A stretch of DNA of 64,000 bases from Octopus sinensis (lineage: Eukaryota): the NCBI RefSeq assembly GCF_006345805.1, contig NC_043014.1, positions 31,248,001-31,312,000 of the forward strand. The letters are read 5' to 3'. Within the stretch, counting starts at the first letter, position 1. Each line of letters opens with the position of its first letter. Shown here piece after piece: positions 1-13,261 of this stretch. The position numbers and the translations under genes were made by a program. Under the pieces are notes generated by a model. It made no database searches and had not been told where the DNA came from. It saw only the letters and a list, made by a program, of their open reading frames with translations.

Positions 1-552
1 ATTTTTATGATCTCGCATGGATGTAAGGCAAAATCAGCCTTAGCAGAATTTGAACTAAAACCAGAAGAAATGACACAAAGCATTTTGTCTGACATGTTAA
101 CAATTCTGCCATGACTCCACTTTTAATATTGATCTCAAATTGTAGCACAAGGCCAGTAGGTTTGGGGGAGGAGCTAGGTTGATTAAATCAACTCCAGTGC
201 TCAACGGGTACTTATTTTACTGACTCCAAAAAAATGAAAGGCAAAGCCAACCTTGGCAGAATTTGAATTCAGAATGTAAAGATGGACAAAATGCCATTCT
301 GTCAGGTTTACTAATGATTCTTATTTCTTTATTGCCCACAAGGGGCTAAACATAGAGGGGACAAACAAGGACAGACAAAGGGATTGAGTTAATTACATCG
401 ACCCCAGTGTGTAACTGGTACTTAATTTATCAACCCCGAAAGGATGAAAGGCAAAGTCGACTTCGGCGGAATTTGAACTCAGAACGTAACGGGAGACGAA
501 ATGCTGCCAAGCATTTCGCCCGGCATGCTAACGTTTCTGCCAGCTTGCCACT

Positions 553-553
553 A

Positions 554-592
<39 letters not shown>

Positions 593-603
593 CAGTAGTA
601 GTA
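553..603. repeat. (TAG)n microsatellite
   Basis: Direct reading. Confidence 0.95.
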
Positions 604-1904
604 GATGATGATAACAGTTGCATTAAGACAAACCTTGAAATCTTCATTGTGAGATGAGGATCGTCCCACCAAAACCTCAATAAAAGCAGAGCCATCATTT
701 CCGATATCAATTGAGTGGATTTTTGAGGCTTTTTCAAACTGAAGATAGACAAAATATAAGAAATGAATTTTTAAAAATAACCAAGTTAATATTTCATTTT
801 TTCAAAAAAAACAAAAAAACAATAATAATTGGGAGAGAGAGATAGGAAAGAGAAAGAAAGAGATAGAATATATATATATGCATATTTGAAAAAAAGAGTA
901 TGTGTGAGAGGAAGGATGAAGGCAAAGTAAATAACAACAGCAGAATTTGTTAAAAGCAACTCAGAACATAAAGTAGCATAACTAAATACTGCAAATATAT
1001 TCTTTAGCACACTAATGATTTAACTATACACTTGTAGTAATAATGGTTTCAAATTTTGGCACAACTTTGGGGGCAGAGGCTAGTCGATTACATCAACCCC
1101 AGTGTTCAATTGATACTTAATTTATCAACCCTGAAAGGATGGAAAGCCAAAGCTGACCTTGGCGAAATTTGAACTGAGAACAAAAGTATAAAAGAAATGT
1201 TGTGAAGCATTTCTTCCATACTTCTGTTAAGGATTTTGCCAGTTTGCTGCCTTCCCACTTACAGTAATGAAAATAATAAAGATAATAGCTATCTTTTACA
1301 GAAATCCATTTATTTGGTGGGAAAGCATAGATTATATCAACACCCAAACATTTGACGGAAAGACCCCACCCCATTTTCTCCCAAATTTGTTTATTTTTGT
1401 AATTTTTTTTTTGCCAAAAATTGCCATTTTCAGATATGGAGGTTCTGGAAAATTGCCAAAAATCAGCATTGTGAAAATTTCCCCCCGTTTCTACCCCTCC
1501 ATCCAACTACTTCAATTTTGACTTTTTTCCTCAACACTAACCCTAAAACCGTAAGTACAGAAATGATTTAAAATTATTGTCCGAATCATGATTTTTCCGC
1601 ATATTTAGAAAAAAAAAATTTTACAAAGATTTTTGGAAATTTTTTTTCAGAATCATAATCTCTGTATTTTTCCGCATATTTTGAGAAAAAAATTGTGCAA
1701 AAAGTTAAAAATGAAGGAAATGGGGGTGGGGGTGTAATTTAGAAATGTCGATTTTTGCCAATTTTTTTTGCAGATTCGTATTCTCCGTAGCTGAAAAGTG
1801 GGGGGAGTGGGGGTTTTTTATGGGGGGGGGGGGGCAGAAGTCTTGCCCATTTGACTGTTATTTATATAAACTAATACAAATATGGAATAGCTTTCTTTTG
1901 AAAA

Positions 1905-2170
1905 CACTCATCATTATCATTCATTTTTCTATGCTCGCATGGGTAAGATGGTTTGACTAGGGCTGATAGGCCAGAGAGCTGCATTAGGCTCCAGTTTGTC
2001 TTGGCTTGGTTTCTACAACTGAATGCTCTTCCTAATGCTAACCACTCCACAGAGTGTACTGGGTGCCTTTCAATGTCACTGGCCACATTTATGATTTCAG
2101 CCTGACATGTCTTCTCGAGCACAATTAAATCACTAAAAATCTCAGTTACTTGTCATCGGCTCCATGAGAC
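1905..2170 (-). mobile_element. RTE-tail-type SINE / LINE 3-prime end; other copies at about 12598-12920, 15681-16030 and 36209-36700
   Basis: Shared GGATGCCCTTCCTAACGCCAAC core and (GAT)n tail. Confidence 0.7.
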
Positions 2171-2969
2171 TTAACATCTAAAGATCATAGTTCACCACCT
2201 CATCCCACATCTTCCTACATCTACCTCTTCCAGATTCCCTCCACAATTAGAGACTGGCACTTCTTTATGCAGCAGTCCTTGTCCATATACATTACCTTTG
2301 ACACTAATTTAAGGACTGGCTCAACAAGGATTAATTTTGTGGCCTAAGTAATGGAATATATAATAAGATGTTTTCTACAGTCTAAGAGCTGATGTTTAAC
2401 TCTAATTTTATGATGTTAAGGAGGAGAATCAAATCTTCTTTGAGATAGGATACTGTCTATCATAGTAGCCACATTTCTGTTTTGAAAAAGGAAGGCATCT
2501 ATTTGATAATATAATCCCAGATACACTAAGTCTGGAAAAAAACTTTGGATCATAGGTGTTTAATCAAGGCCAACTTATGGGTTAAACAACAAAATATCAA
2601 TATCAAATTTTGACAGAAGGCCAACAATTTCGGGGGAGGAGCTGAGTTGATTACATCAACCCCCAGTGCTCAACTGGTACTTATTTTATCGACCTCAAAA
2701 AGATGGAAGGTAATGTCAACCCCAGTGGAATCTGAACTCAGAATGTAAGGACAGATTAAATGCTGCTAAGCATTTTGCCCAGTGTGGTAACAATTCTGCC
2801 ATCTCACCGCCTTAATCAACAACAAAATATTACAAGGACTATCATTCCAAGTTTTACAAGTACTATTAAAAGAGACTGTGGCAGCACCAGCATCACTGCA
2901 CAACTACCCACCTACTAGAACAGATTGTCGCAAAAAATATTTTCAAGTGATAGGATAAAGACAAATTAC

Positions 2970-3062
2970 CTGTAATATGGCAGATAATGATTTTTCCCCA
3001 GCACTTGCTGATTTCCATTTGTGGACACCATCAGGTTTGAGGAGATTCTCTGCTGGATGATT
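2970..3062 (-). CDS. XRCC1: XRCC1 coding exon 2 (NHPAENLLKPDGVHKWKSASAGEKSLSAILQ)
   Basis: Matches human HCAENLLKADTYRKWRAAKAGEKTISVVLQ. 93 nt, pyrimidine tract plus TTTTCCAG acceptor, GTAATT donor, in frame with exon 1. No later exons found in the window. Confidence 0.93.
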
Positions 3063-4074
3063 CTGGAAAATAACAACAAAAAACATTAGTTTCAAATTTT
3101 GGTACAAGGCCAGCAATTTCGGGGTAGGAGCTGAGTCAATTACATCAACCTCCATGATGAAAGGCAATGTTGATCCCGGCAGAATTTGAATTCAGAATGT
3201 AAGTACAGATGAAATGCTGCAAAGCATTTTGTCTAGTGTGCTAACAATTCTTTTCTACTCTAGGCACAAGGCCCAAAATTTTGGGGGAGGAGGCCAGTCG
3301 ATTAGATCGACTCCAGCACACAACTGGTACTTAATTTATGAACCCTGAAAGGATGAAAGGCAAAGTTGACCTTGGCAGAATTTGAACTCAGAATGTAAAG
3401 ACAGGCGAAATACCTATTTCTTTACTACCCACAAGGGGTTAAACACAGAGAGGACAAACAAGGACAGACACATAGATTAAGTCGATTACATCGACCCCAG
3501 TGCATAACTGATACTTACTTAATCAACCCTGAAAGGATGAAAGGCAAAGTCGACCTCGACAGAATTAGAACTCAAAACGAAGCGGCAGATGAAATACCGC
3601 TAAGCATTTCGCCTGGCATGCTAACGCTTCTGCCAGCTCACTGCCTTAAACAACAGCAAAATATTACAAAGACTGTCATTTCAAGTTTTACAAGCGCTAT
3701 TAAAAGATACTGTGACAGTATGTGCATGTTTGAATTTTCAAATGGAGAAAAGTACACAATACATATTCACTTATTCAAAGCCTCTTCTAATGTTTTCTCT
3801 CTTCCTCTTTTGCATGATCCTTCCACTTGAATTGCTTGCTACTTTTGCACCCAACTGGCATCCTCCACATGCATCATGTGTCATATCAGGACAGTTTTCT
3901 CTCTTGCATGCTACATCAAACTTCTCTGATTCTAATCTTTCTCAACTCATTCGCACTGTCATTCATGCACTCAACATTACACCTTCATTGAAGTATGCTT
4001 GTTTATTTGTTTCCAGTTCAACATATCCTTCACATTAACTGCCTTTTGGATTAAGGATTTTTAGCATACTTAAA

Positions 4075-4455
4075 GGTGCAGGCATAGCTGTGTGGTAAGA
4101 AGCTTGTTTCACAACTACATGGTTGCGGGTTCAGTCCTACTGTATGGCAGCTTGGGCAATTGTCTTCTGCTGTAGTCTCGAGTTGACCAAAGCCTTGTGA
4201 GTGGATTTGGTAGACAGAAACTGAAAGAAGCTCATTGTATATATGTGTGTGTGTGAATCTTTGTCTCCTATGACTGCTTGACAACTAGTGTCAGTGTGTT
4301 TATGTCCCCCATAACTTAGCAGTTTGGCAAAAGAGACCAACAGAATAAGTACCAGGCTTAAAAAAATGTACTGGGATTGATTCATTTTACTAAAAATTCT
4401 TCAAGGCAGAGCCCCAGCATGGCCACAGTCCAATGACTGAAACAAGTAAAAGATA
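4075..4455 (+). mobile_element. Family-2 tRNA-derived SINE; other copies at about 9925-10290, 32370-32735 and 37040-37460 on the minus strand
   Basis: GGCTGTGTGGTAAG A box, GGTTCAGTCC B box, TTGGGCAAG core, internal (TA)/(TG) tract. Confidence 0.85.
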
Positions 4456-5329
4456 CTGCACAAGTATATCACACTCCATTTATCCACATTTCAGTTAGTC
4501 CCCTCAGGTCATTTTATTATTTTTTATAATGCAGGAAATTATACCAGTCAACAATTATTTTCAATTGTTTTCTAAATAAAAATCTTTGTTGACTAACCAA
4601 GCAGTCTTGTGAAGGCTATATTACACTGATGAAGTCTAATAAACTGAAATATACCCATAGCTGTCCCTTTAACTACCCTTCATTATTTATCCAAATGTAT
4701 GGCATTGGCCCATTTGAGTTGCTTCCATTCATTCATATAGTTTTTACATCTGCTACACTGTAGACAGTTACCTTATCTCTTGCACTTTGTATGTCTTCTA
4801 GAGAAACAGAGCAAGAGCACTATTTTAGAACCCACATCCAGATTGATGCAGGGTTATTCAGATAAGAAAGTGGAAGAATGAGAAACAGTTTGGAATTTAG
4901 CTAGGTACCACAGCCCTTTCAGTTAAAATCTTTCTGTCTGTCTGTCTGTCTCTCTCACACACACACTCTTAAAGTTGGATGCCATTATAAAGTGTCAGGT
5001 GTATGACAATTTTACAACACACCAAGAATGTATCCTGGGAAAATTAACAAGAATAGAAATCCTACTCCAAATTTTATGATCTCATGGAAAATTAATAACT
5101 CTAAAGCATAAGTGTCCTTATTAAAAAAATATATATAAGCCACTATAAACCAAAAGTTTGCTTCTAACCCACAAACTGTATACTAGAGGATGAAAGGAAA
5201 AATATTGTTATAAAAAGAGCCCCATTTCAGGAAGATCTAAAATTATTCTGGTCTAAGCTCTAGAATGAAAGTAAAAATTTTAATCAAAACACAGTACAGC
5301 TAGATACAGTATAGCAAAAAAAAACAAAA

Positions 5330-7400
5330 CCACCATCAATAGTAAAACCTATGCAAATGATGTTGAAACAGCTGTAGGAAAGCTGTACAATGGAAAGGTA
5401 CTTGAGAGACTCATAGACAGTCATTTAATTATACATATATTTCAAAGCATTATGGAAAACCAGATACTGAACTGGCTTGCCATAGCATGAAAAGCCTTTA
5501 ACCAAGAGTGACTTGGAAGAGAAAGATAACCCCAGAGCCAACCATACAAACTGTACACGTGTTAGCTTGAACTCATTCCTTCAAGACTATTGCAAGTCAA
5601 TAATACAGACACTAACGAGCAAGCAAATGCAAAGGAAGGAATGCGGAAATGCACTGAACTAGTAAATAAAGCTGCTTTTTCCCAAGAATACACAATGAAA
5701 ACCTTATAACAGCATGATCTAGTTATAGAAAGTTGTTTGATTCTATTCACCATCCATGGCTACTTAGGTCAAAACAGTTTGGTAAAAGTATCTGCTGTCT
5801 TAGTTCATGAACACCTGTTCTAGCATCCTCATACTTGTAAATGAAACTGGAAAGATTGTCTCTGCTGTTATAAATATTTCAAAAGGAGTATTTGAAGGGG
5901 ACTCTCGGTTCATGTTTCTATTTATTTTGGTTCTAGATCCACCATCACTTAATGAAATTCCACTGGCTATGTCAGCAAGAAACACTAATATAACCCATAA
6001 TTTCTTTGTGGATAATATATACTCAAAATTTTACAATGCTGACAAACAATCAGGGGCGTATATTCTGGGTGTGCCAGGTATACACTGCACACCCATCGAA
6101 AATAGCAAATTCATTATAACCCTTACTCATTAATTTAAGCACAAATCTTAATGGAAAATTTTTGTTATACCCTGCTTGAAATTTGGTGGCATTGAGTGTG
6201 ACAAAACACTCACTACAACTACTATACGCCACTGCAAACAACTAGATTTTGTCAAATTTTCTGTTGATATAAGGATGAAATTTAGTGAAAAGAAATGCTT
6301 ATATTTAACAAACCGAATGCAGAAATACTGTTCCTTCAAACTCCAAACCTATACATCAATGGTCTCTTTACCTCCCCTGAGTGTTACAAATACCTAGGTA
6401 TTTTGAAAAAATATGATACAAACACACTGTACACAACGATCGAGTACTTAAAGAATATTACAGCAGACTTAAAAAGATACAGTAGTCAGAACATTCCACT
6501 TACATCAAGACAATATCTCACAATGCATTTGCAGAACCAGTACTGGTATCAACATTTAGGAAACTAGACTGGTCTGTAGAGGAAATCCACTCCACAGACA
6601 TTAAAGCCTGCATGATCCTGACATCCACTGCAAACTTCCATAAACAGTGATATTGAAAAATCCTACCACAGAAGAAAAGTAGGAGGAAGAGTTAAGATCA
6701 GTGCAGGCGGTCGTCTTTGAGTGATGTTTGATATCACTTAGACAGCACCTGCCAAACAATAGCAGCGAAAATAAACACACCAGCCAACTGTTCAAAATTG
6801 AAGTAAATAACATTCTGCAGGCTGGTTGTGAACAACTCAATAAACACTCACTTCCTGATGACACTTTCCTCCCACACACACTTGAATCTCGAAGTGTAGG
6901 TCTAGTATACTTCAGCAAAAACTTCGAGAAACATTCCGAATATCACAAAAAGGCTATGCACGATTGTTTCCTATAAACTTGAGGGAGATCATGGAATGTA
7001 GTCTCTCTTGGACTCGTGACTGTTACAACATGTCACACCTCAAAGGTTACGATTTTGCACTCCAAGAGAAGAAGGCAGCTATGAAATATCTAATGAACAA
7101 ATGAGACCATGAAGTTCTTAAGCGATCATGATGCAACTCCAAGTATCGATTATGTCATCCTTCTGCGGAGTACATAATGCAGGTTATCAGCAGATACCTG
7201 AAAATGTCAAGGTACAACTCTCAGTGCGACATGATATTGTTGCTAAAATATATACAATGCCATTCGCAGAAAGGGCTTCACTGGAAAAATTTAAACATCC
7301 TTCAAAACTTCCTTGCATACAGAAATTCGCCAACAGTACACCTGATGTTCCCACCCACCACTTCTTTTAACGACTCTTTACACTGTTCACTTCCTGTGTA
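5330..7400 (+). mobile_element. Degenerate R4/Dong-like (RLE-type) non-LTR retrotransposon: RT plus zinc knuckle
   Basis: Relic motifs YRKLFDSIHHPWL, KGVFEGDS, THNFFVDN, YKYLGI, KVGGR, YRLC...RHDIVAK across frameshifts. Confidence 0.8.
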
Positions 7401-8599
7401 TTACTCTATGCACAGTTTCTGCACTTCTGGCTACTTTTTCTGATGAATTGTAATGCACATGAGCACTGTATACAATAATTTCATTATCTTTGCTATTGAA
7501 TACATACATATCAACACGAGGAGTACTGGTGGAGCATTCCAATCAAAACTTTTACCAGGGGCAAACTTAATGTATCTAATATTAATATAGTTATTTAAGA
7601 CAAAAAAGCAAAACCCCGTGTACTGTTACAGAGGTTAGCTGTCCTGCAGATGTACACAACTCTTCCAAAATCGGCGAAAAGGAGAATATTTATGGACAAA
7701 CGTCTTGAAACCTGCAACTCCTCTACTCTGATTATAAATTCACATTTATACAAATAATTACTAGTGAACATTAACGTGAAAAGGCTAGAATTTTGAGGTA
7801 AAGAAAGAGAGCCACTAAAGACGCACTTTACAAGAAAATTTGAAAGTGCAACAGTAAAAATACCCGATACTTTTAAAATTCAACTTGTAGTAATTATTAT
7901 TGTTGTTATCTTAACTCTAGATACTTCCTTCTCGGACGGATTCTAACTAATAAGAAAATTACATACATATATTCATCAGCTCGAAGCTGCTACCTGACAA
8001 TTTTTGGTAGTATTTAAGGTATATCGCCTGAACTTATTAATGGGAACACGAGAAGGATAACAAATGCACGCACTACATACGCGATGAATTGATATATTAA
8101 TTGGTAGAGAACATGTACGTGCATGTATATGAATCTGCAGTATCAGAGTGTATATGGTCAGCTAGATTGCCTAAACACTGTCAAAAGGTCCTTAACGAAT
8201 TACCATTAAAGATAGAAATACCTATATATATATACACACACACACGCAAACATCCCAAGTCAGTCTCACAGCAACGAATGCACATGGCCATTAGTTGCTA
8301 TATATACAAATGATGAAAATGGTCCACTTCGGTTATTTAGCCATCGATCGTAACAACAGTAGTTAGTATCTCGACATTTAGTAAATAAATAAACGATTTA
8401 ATTCAAACATATACATCCAATTTGATTTAGATAAAAGATATTTCCAGATATTTCCATTGATAAACTCGTAACTGGTCCTTAAGACACAATTAGTGAACGT
8501 AAACGAAAATAGAGATTTCCATGATATTTACTTCATAGATAAATGTATGCATGTAGTATACGTATATACATTATATATAAATATATATATAATACTTAC

Positions 8600-8650
8600 T
8601 GTGTCCTGGCTGCTGTATGATACTATATGTTGGAGTTTAATTTCTGGCAT
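8600..8650 (-). CDS. XRCC1: XRCC1 coding exon 1 (MPEIKLQHIVSYSSQDT)
   Basis: Hand translation matches the vertebrate XRCC1 N-terminus MPEIRLRHVVSCSSQDS. 51 nt, ATG at 8650, phase-0 donor GTAAGT at 8599-8594. Confidence 0.93.
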
Positions 8651-8750
8651 TTTGTCACTTTCTACTTAGATTGTTTTTAGTAAGGCAAAAATTTACTATT
8701 ATTGCTGGAAATCAGTGTTATGATTATTATTATTTTTTTTTTTTACATAT

Positions 8751-8902
8751 CAAATTGGCGCACTATCATGTATGTATATGTGCGCGTGTATATGTATGTG
8801 TGTGTTTATGTGAATGTGTTATAAATAATAACAGCCTCGTTTTCGAAAAAAAAAAAAAAGGAGATTCTATCGCCAAGTTATGTCTTTCCCTTTGGCGGAA
8901 GT
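8751..8902. promoter_or_regulatory. Putative XRCC1 proximal promoter with E2F-like (TTTGGCGG 8891-8898, ATTGGCGC 8754-8761) and ETS-like (CGGAAGT 8896-8902) motifs
   Basis: Motif matches 100-250 bp upstream of the XRCC1 ATG; TSS not known. Confidence 0.3.
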
Positions 8903-11814
8903 ATTGAAAATAAATACAGTTGCATCTTTTGCTAACTTTCTGCAAAGTAAAGTTGGCATTTCTAGTAAAGTAATAGAAGGTACTGACTTAAAATATCAAT
9001 GTTTCGTCAGGAGCTCACTGATGTTGAGATACTTAACATTTGCTGGTGAAATTTGGGAATAGCTGTTCCTCATGGTAAAATTTTTTTTTGGTGGGTGCCA
9101 GGGAAAACTTTTTTTTCATTTTTGTGTTACAAATAACGAGAGATGGCCATTCAAATTAGTACATACTTATTAGAATGGCCAGCTCGGTTGTTTGTAACGT
9201 ATATATGTAAATATATGCATGCACACACACACATCACAGGTTTGTTTTGCCCAGTCAGCTGCCTAACCAAATAAAAATAGCTGCTTGCCTAAAACGTAAA
9301 GTGGGTACATAAACTCAAGGATTACCAGGAGTAGAAGAATAGCTGAGTAATAGATAAAGGAACTGATTAATTAGAAAAACTATATAGAATGCCGAAGAGA
9401 AAACAATGCATTTTCAGTTCATTGCACATTTACCATTAAACGGAGATAAAAGGTTGTATGAGCGAATGTGTCAAAACAAAAAAATTCCTTTTCCTTAAGG
9501 GTAATTTTTATGCGTATTTTCACTTTAAATAAGTACAAAAGCTATAATTGTCTCGCACAATAAAATTTATAACCCCGTTATCAAAAAGTACCGTAACATA
9601 TTCGCTTTACATTCATTATGGCCGTATCCATGTAAAGTGTTTAAATCACCAATTTATGTTCGCCGTTCAACTGTTTAAGAGAGCTGACCGACCTTTGATT
9701 CTTATGAGCGACTTTCACATTATCAACTTGTAGCTCAAGAATATCAGACCTGTTTACTGTCGGAGAACAAATGCAATGTGAGTTCACTAGATACTGGTCA
9801 GATAATGTAACATTTGCCACGAGCAATTACATAGGTGATTAATATAAAAATTTCGAAATGTGTATTTATTCTGTTCTTATACTCACATGAAGCTCTTAAA
9901 AGCAAATAAAATCAAGTGTATCTTTTACTTGTTTCAGCCATGAGACTGCAGACATGCTAGGGCACCGCATTGAAGAGTTTTTAGTCGAATGAATCAACCT
10001 TAGTATTTTTTTTAAAGCCTGGTACTTATTCTATCGACCTTTTTTTGCAGAACCTCTAAAGTACGGGGAAGAAAACACACCAACACCAGTTGTCCAGCGG
10101 TGGTGGGAGACAAACACATACACACACGTATGATGAGCTTCTTTCAGTTTCCGTCTGCTGAATCTACTAATAAAGCTCTTGATCAGCCCGAGGCTATTGT
10201 AGAAGAGACCTGTCCAAGGTGCCATGCAGTGGGACAACCTGGAACCATGTGGGTAGGAAGCAAGCTTCTTATCACACAGCCATCTAATTTTGGCACCAAA
10301 TGCTGAGTTGCAACCACTTTCAGTGGTTGGGAAGCAAACTTCTTAACCATACAGTCATGCCTGTATTTATGTTAATTGGAAATTAACATAAATGCAATTA
10401 ACATAGGTGCAGGCATGGCTGATGATGGATTTGTAGTAGTACTGTAGAAGCCAGTTTTGTTGTTATAGACCAAATTTGTAGTTTTGGCAAAGTTCTCAGT
10501 GGGAGGAGGGGTTGGCTGGGACAATTTTGTGAAACCAGGATCTAATCTAAGGACAAGCAAAATCTTACAGGTATGTACTTTGTGAAGGGTGGCAGTGTTT
10601 TCACCTTTCTTCCAAACACTACCTAGAAGAAATACTCAAAATATCTAAGAGAAAATCTCTTGATTGAACAAAGTAAGGCTTATGGGTATGGTTGAAGTGT
10701 TTAAAAGGCTAAGTACTTAGTTCAAACATAAGACCTCCTTTGGTTATGAATGATCATAGGATTGCACCTAGAAAGTTGCCCCCTGATGCACAAGTCTGGG
10801 CAAGGTTGTTTTATGGAAGACCAGCAATCATCCATGCATACCAATCTCCCCTCTCCATGCCACTGATGTTATCCAAGGGAAAAGCAAAGGCCAATACACT
10901 TGGTACCAGTGATGTTGAAACTCATTTCTACAGATGAACATGGAAAAAAATGTTTTGCTGAAGTACACAAACACACAACCTGGTCCAGGAACTGAACTCA
11001 CTACCTCATGATTGTGAACCCGATGCTCTAACCCTTGAGTCATAAGCTTAAATGAACACTTGCCCATACACTTGTGGTTCTTGTATCCCAGTATTTAGGA
11101 CTGAGAAATACAATTAGGATTGTGTACAAAAAAGATAATTTGTGATTGCTGTCATCCTTTGTATTACAGTATGGACTGGTAATTAGAGCTGGGATGAGAA
11201 GAGGTGGTCAGGAAGGACCAGTGTGGATTTGGTGGAACTAATGAATCCTGAAAACTATAAGGTCATACTCAACTGAAGGTACTGAGACAAAGGACATAAA
11301 ACTGATGTAAAGGGCTTAGTTATGGGAGTAAATCCTTTTGGCTTGAAGAACTAAAAAAAAACAAAATAGAAAAAACAGGAGAAAGGAAAGCTGTGGAAAG
11401 TATCTGAGGCAGCACCAAGACCAGTAGGTCCCAGTTTCCAGTCATAGCTTGGAAATGGTGAAGAGCATCACTTTGTATTGAGTTCAGTAACCAGATGAAC
11501 AAACATCTTTTGACTCTAGCAATCCACAGCACAATCCTATTGTCTGCCAATGAGCAGGAGAACCAAGAACAAACCATCACTGAAAATATAAGAGGTTAAA
11601 AAAGAAGGAGCATCTTCAAAAGGAACAATGAAACCCAACAAAGTGTTTTAAAATGAGTGAGGTGGCACTGACTCCTCTGGAATATGTCATGTGGTTCACA
11701 ATAATGCAACAAAATAATGAAGATGCTATTGTTGATAAAGTGTCAGTTAAGTACTGGAATTGATAGTATTAACTATTTCTTCTCAAATTTGCTGGCTTTG
11801 TTTCTTAATCAGAA

Positions 11815-12110
11815 ACCAGGGGCAGTGAGCTGGCAGGGGTATTAGGTCATCAGAATACATGACTTGCAGTATTTCTACTAATTCTTTACATTCTGAGTTC
11901 AAATCCCACTGTAGTCAGCTTTGCCTTTCATCCTTTCAAAATTGATAACATAGAGCACCAGTCAAATACTGGGATTAATAATATCAGTTAAACTCCTCGT
12001 TTTAAAAATTACTGACCTTGTGCCTAAATTAGAAACAGTTATTATTTAACTTTGTCTTTTTCCTTTCAGAGTTGTTGAAATATGTACCAGTTACATACTG
12101 GAGTCGATTT
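11815..12110 (+). mobile_element. Family-1 SINE remnants
   Basis: GAGCTGGCAG...GAGTTCAAATCCC...TTTCATCCTTTC. Confidence 0.75.
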
Positions 12111-13134
12111 CTATTTGATCATGCCACCATACACATGCAAGAGAACAATGATTGCTGAAATAGGGGCTAAAATTACTCGCTAAGAGCCATCATGCCAAAT
12201 ATGAGATAATATGTTGTGACTACTTTCTCGTTACAGAACTGACAAGGTGTTGAATGTTAAGCACTGCTACTGTAATATGTAGTTTGAGCATGTAGTGTAA
12301 ACATTCAAACACTATCTTCCTGAATCCTGCAGCATTTCACTTAGAGATTTTAGTCCTTCAAAGTTGCCAGCAGTATAAATTGACCTATGTTTTTTGGCTG
12401 TAAATTTTGCTCTGAAAAATTCAGAAAATATAGTCTCTGTGGGAATAATGAAAAGTTAATTAATCTCTGTTGCTGGTGAGAAGTACTTCATAATAGTTCT
12501 TATTTATATAGTTAGGAAGACTGCAATACTGATTACATAATTATGCATCTGTTAACATTATTGAGTAAAACAGGAGTTAAATGTATATGGCAGGTACATC
12601 ATCATCATCAATGTTTAATGTCTGTTTTTCATGCTGGCATGGGCTGGATGGCTTGACAAGAGCAGGTGAGGCCAGGGGCTGCACCAGGCTCCATAGGCTG
12701 TTTTGGTTTTGTTTCTGCAGCTGGATGCCCTTCCTAATGCCAACTATTTTACAGAGCCTAGTGGGTGCTTTTTATGTGGCACCATCACCAGTGCTTTTTA
12801 CATGACACCAGCATCCACACCAGTGCTTTTTATGTGGCACCTTGGTTTTCGGATCTCAGTTCTGTTGTGGTGGGTGGGCCTTCTTGAGTACAGCAATGTG
12901 CTACATATCTCAGTCCTCTGACAAAAATGCATATGTTGTTCAAGTCCTTTAAGTTAGCTGATTTCTCTTTTCTGCCTAAAAGTTGCTGCATTTGTCTACT
13001 ATGATTTAATTTGTTCTTTTTACATATATTTATTCAAAAATTTACAAAGAAAAAGCAACAAAAACGAAGGAAAAACTCATTGTTTATTAATTTTTATTAA
13101 TGATTAATAGATTTTTATCACTGATTAACAGATT

Positions 13135-13140
13135 TTTATT
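13135..13140 (-). terminator. Putative AATAAA polyA signal of copy A
   Basis: GATTTTTATT context at homologous positions 120-170 nt past the stop in copies A, C and D. Confidence 0.5.
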
Positions 13141-13261
13141 GATGTTATCATTGCCAGTGTTGCCTTCTTTTTGTTGTTGATACTCTCCTCCTCTTCCTTC
13201 TTTACTGATTTAAAAACCATCATTATGCAGGTGTTCCTAGCGGATGGAAATGTCTCTCATT

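Larger units (their letters stand above)
20..3650 (-). mobile_element. Cluster of family-1 tRNA-derived SINEs (about 20-300, 320-551, 1045-1260, 2600-2815, 3090-3250, 3255-3647) in XRCC1 introns
   Basis: Consensus GGCGGCGAGCTGGCAGAAACGTTAG (A box)...GAGTTCAAATTCC (B box)...TTTCATCCTTTCGGGGTCGATAA; many copies in the window. Confidence 0.85.

Noticed and set aside
4610-4665. Hammerhead-like CTGATGA-AGT/ACT-GAAATATA
   Set aside because: The core and stem II are plausible, but the proximal stem I does not pair and no Penelope ORF is adjacent.
12235-12475. AG...GT-bounded plus-strand exon-like segment, plus a donor-like GTGAGT near 9777
   Set aside because: Stops in all three frames and no partner exons; a lncRNA cannot be supported from sequence alone.
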